A stretch of DNA of 64,000 nucleotides, from assembly GCA_034669905.1 (NCBI GenBank), contig JAXMOL010000008.1, positions 116,659 through 180,658 on the forward strand, written 5' to 3'. The translations under genes were made by a program, and so were the position numbers. Under the pieces are notes generated by a model. That model was given only the letters and a program-made list of their open reading frames with translations, was not told the origin of the DNA and ran no database searches. Of the stretch, positions 61,535 to 64,000 are shown piece after piece (the stretch's first letter is position 1; every line of letters begins with the position of its first letter). The DNA is from Candidatus Hydrogenedentota bacterium. GTDB taxonomy: Bacteria; Hydrogenedentota; Hydrogenedentia; Hydrogenedentales; JAEUWI01.

Positions 61535-62758
61535 ATGTCTTGCCCCCCATGCTATCGACTGTGCAGCGTCTTCGCCCTGCTCGCCACCCTCACCGCCACC
61601 GCCCAACAGGTTCACGAATTCCCCAGCCCCGACGACCCGCTCCATAAGCGCGTCGCAATGTATGACGCCCTCATGCGGGGCAACCACATCAACGAAGGCG
61701 TGTTCATGCAACACATCATCTTTCCGCCCGTGGGCACCGTCGCCCCCATGGTGGGCAGCCAGGAAGACTGCATTGAAGTCACGGGCGCCATGCTCGCGGC
61801 CTATTGCTATCGCTACGCCATCACGAAAGACCCCACCCATCGCCAGCAATGCCACGACATTATCGCGGGCATCGCGAAGCTGGAAAAGGTGACTGGCGTA
61901 CCCGGTGTCTTTGCCCGCTCCCTCAACAAGACCGACACGCCCCTCTGGCATGAACGGCATCACTTCTTCCCCATCGAGTGGCACGAAAGCACCACCATGC
62001 CTGGCTATCGCTGGGAAGGCGACCTGAGCAGCGACAAGTTTGTGGACCTCTGCTACATGCTCGGACTCTACTACGACATGGCCGCCGACGAAGAACACAA
62101 GGCCATCGTCGCCGGCATCCTCGATCGCTTTGTGGGCCGTGTGGTGGACTACAACTTCAAGCTCGTGGACGTGGACAACAAGATGACCCTCTGGGGCAAC
62201 TTCTCCCCCGACATCCCCCACCAGCCCCTCAACGCCCTGGAGATGCTCGCCGCCCTCAAGACCACCCACCGCATCACGGGCAAAGAACGCTACCGCGCCG
62301 CCTACCACATGCTCATCGACGAACATGGCTACGCCGATGAGGCCATCCTGGCAAAAACCATCTGGCCCGACATGTGGAATGTCATCTGGGACGACAAGCT
62401 CGCCTGCAAGAGCTATTTTCAGCTCTTTCCCTACGAAACCGACCCCTCGCTCCTCAACAAATACACCATGGCCATTAACCGTCACCAATACACCTGGGCC
62501 CAGCTCGACTACACCCGTCATGGCGAAATCTGGTTCCCCATGGTCTACGCCGCGCTCACCGGTGACCGCTCGGTCGTCACACCGAAGGTCCTCGAGGCCC
62601 TCAAGGCCATGCACGGCATGCGCCGCTGGAAGAGCCAATTCCCCGTCGAGCAGCCTGACGGCACCACGAAAATGGTGGAGGCCGAGCAGGAAAACAACGC
62701 TGCCGAAATCATCCGAAATTACTGGTTCGCCCGCTACTATGGCTTCATCGACGAGTAG
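61535..62758 (+). CDS. Secreted hypothetical protein, probable alpha/alpha-barrel
   Basis: AGGAG ribosome-binding site, signal peptide, helical and aromatic-rich sequence, strongly GC3-biased codons. Confidence 0.6.
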   Translation: MSCPPCYRLCSVFALLATLTATAQQVHEFPSPDDPLHKRVAMYDALMRGNHINEGVFMQHIIFPPVGTVAPMVGSQEDCIEVTGAMLAAYCYRYAITKDPTHRQQCHDIIAGIAKLEKVTGVPGVFARSLNKTDTPLWHERHHFFPIEWHESTTMPGYRWEGDLSSDKFVDLCYMLGLYYDMAADEEHKAIVAGILDRFVGRVVDYNFKLVDVDNKMTLWGNFSPDIPHQPLNALEMLAALKTTHRITGKERYRAAYHMLIDEHGYADEAILAKTIWPDMWNVIWDDKLACKSYFQLFPYETDPSLLNKYTMAINRHQYTWAQLDYTRHGEIWFPMVYAALTGDRSVVTPKVLEALKAMHGMRRWKSQFPVEQPDGTTKMVEAEQENNAAEIIRNYWFARYYGFIDE

Positions 62759-62893
62759 GCCGCACTACGCGCTCGTTACGACGGTCCCCCGTCGTCGCAG
62801 ATCCGCCGTGGCGGATAATGCATACCGTTCCGCTCCTGCGGAACAGCGTCATCTCAATCGACTTTCTACCTTCAAACACGACGGAGTCACACC

Positions 62894-63616
62894 ATGAACA
62901 CCATCGCCCGACACGGCAAGCACATTGCCCTGTTAATCCTCAGCATATTTCTCCTCACCACCCCCACCCACGCCGAAGAAAGCACCCCCACGCCTCCCGA
63001 AGGCATGGTCTACGTACCCGCCGGCGAATTCATCATGGGCAGCAAAGTGGGCGACGCCGACGAGGCTCCCCAGCACATCGCCACCACCCGGGCCTTCTTC
63101 ATCGACACCTTCGAAGTCAGCAACGCCGACTTCAAGAAATTCGACCCCGAGCACACCTGGAAAGAAGGCCGGGACAATCACCCCGCCATCGTCACCTGGG
63201 AAGAGGCCAACGCCTACGCCCAATCCATCGGCAAACGCCTCCCCACCGAAACGGAATGGGAAAAGGCCGCCCGGGGCATCGACGGACGCATGTTTCCCTG
63301 GGGCAACACCTATGACCCCACCTTCATCCAATATGACCGCAGCAAGGGTATTGGCAACACCATCGCGAAGCCCAAGAGCCCCTACGGCTGCTACGACATG
63401 GCCGGTGGCGCCATGGAATGGACCAGCAGTTGGTATAAGCCTTACAAGGGCAACCCCATCCCCGCCAAGCAATATGGCGAGAAGTACAAAGTTCTCAAAG
63501 GCGGCACCACCTTCAACGACAACGCCCACATGCGCTGCGCCCACCGCTTCTACCTCCCCGTCGACGATTCCAACAACTACCTCACCGGATTCCGCTGCGT
63601 GAAGGATGTGAAGTAA
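62894..63616 (+). CDS. Secreted FGE-sulfatase (SUMF1/EgtB/PvdO) domain protein
   Basis: PAGEFIMGS, RLPTETEWEKAARG, PYGCYDMAG...EW and GFRC. Confidence 0.88.
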   Translation: MNTIARHGKHIALLILSIFLLTTPTHAEESTPTPPEGMVYVPAGEFIMGSKVGDADEAPQHIATTRAFFIDTFEVSNADFKKFDPEHTWKEGRDNHPAIVTWEEANAYAQSIGKRLPTETEWEKAARGIDGRMFPWGNTYDPTFIQYDRSKGIGNTIAKPKSPYGCYDMAGGAMEWTSSWYKPYKGNPIPAKQYGEKYKVLKGGTTFNDNAHMRCAHRFYLPVDDSNNYLTGFRCVKDVK

Positions 63617-63638
63617 GACGTCCCAACAATCCATCCCC

Positions 63639-63670
63639 ACGCCCGGCCATATCCTGGTCGGGCGTTTTTT
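63639..63670 (+). terminator. Intrinsic terminator
   Basis: ACGCCCGGCCA-N5-TGGTCGGGCGT followed by TTTTT. Confidence 0.8.
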
Positions 63671-63783
63671 CGGGGACTGCACCGACGTCACGTCGGAACC
63701 GTAGCCCGAATCACGACGTGGCCAACCCAGCGACATCAATCACCCACACCCACCCACTAGTCGGGGCTGTCCCCCCTCCCCCA

Positions 63784-63807
63784 TGCCGGCGGGCCGCCGG
63801 CGCTCCA
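63784..63807 (-). repeat. REP-like palindrome
   Basis: Reverse strand reads TGGAGCGCCGGCGGCCCGCCGGCA (GCCGGCG inverted repeat). Confidence 0.4.
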
Positions 63808-63960
63808 TAGTACGGCAGGGGTGCCACCCTTACGGACGTGAGGTACGAACGGCCTTACGGGTGTGGTGATGTCGCGGTTATGTTTCATAAGTTCTGCAAA
63901 AAAGGACATGATGTTTCTGGTCCAATACAACCGGGGCGGTAGGCCCCAGAAGGAAACATC

Positions 63961-64000
63961 ATGTCCAAACAAGATAGTAGCAAGTTGTCAGTGGATTGGA
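63961..64000 (+). CDS. Start of an ORF truncated by the window edge
   Basis: AAGGAA before ATG; MSKQDSSKLSVDW stays open to the window end. Confidence 0.45.
   Translation, partial: MSKQDSSKLSVDW

Overview
This is a GC-rich bacterial chromosomal window. The gene content (many secreted BNR/sialidase-like and other glycan-active proteins, a Tat sulfatase, an MshEN protein) suggests a poorly characterised lineage, possibly Ca. Hydrogenedentota; that assignment is inference only. The left and middle contain trmO, a YhaO/YhaN nuclease-ATPase pair, a propeller-GH29 fucosidase fusion, a GxGYxYP protein, an ECF41 sigma/CMD pair with a consensus promoter, a six-PAS hybrid kinase, an MshEN-cNMP protein, an M48 protease, glnS, a sugar ABC transporter, a sulfatase, a PfkB kinase, an OmpR-type two-component system, an S41-like lipoprotein, phnWX and a DUF2092-TlpA fusion. 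The right holds a rearranged translation cluster (rpsL-rpsG-fusA-tuf-rpmG-tRNA-Trp-secE-nusG-rplK-rplA-metK) and a RelE/XRE toxin-antitoxin pair. The main signals are: (1) three small cassettes of about 1-2.5 kb, each bracketed by a direct duplication of a neighbouring gene's end, with no integrase or transposase in the window; (2) intergenic inverted arrays of 6-7-mers at 9-10 bp period, plus REP-like elements; (3) an S12 with an insertion of about 16 aa, and metK in the place of rplJL-rpoBC. No CRISPR array, rRNA or intact transposase was seen.
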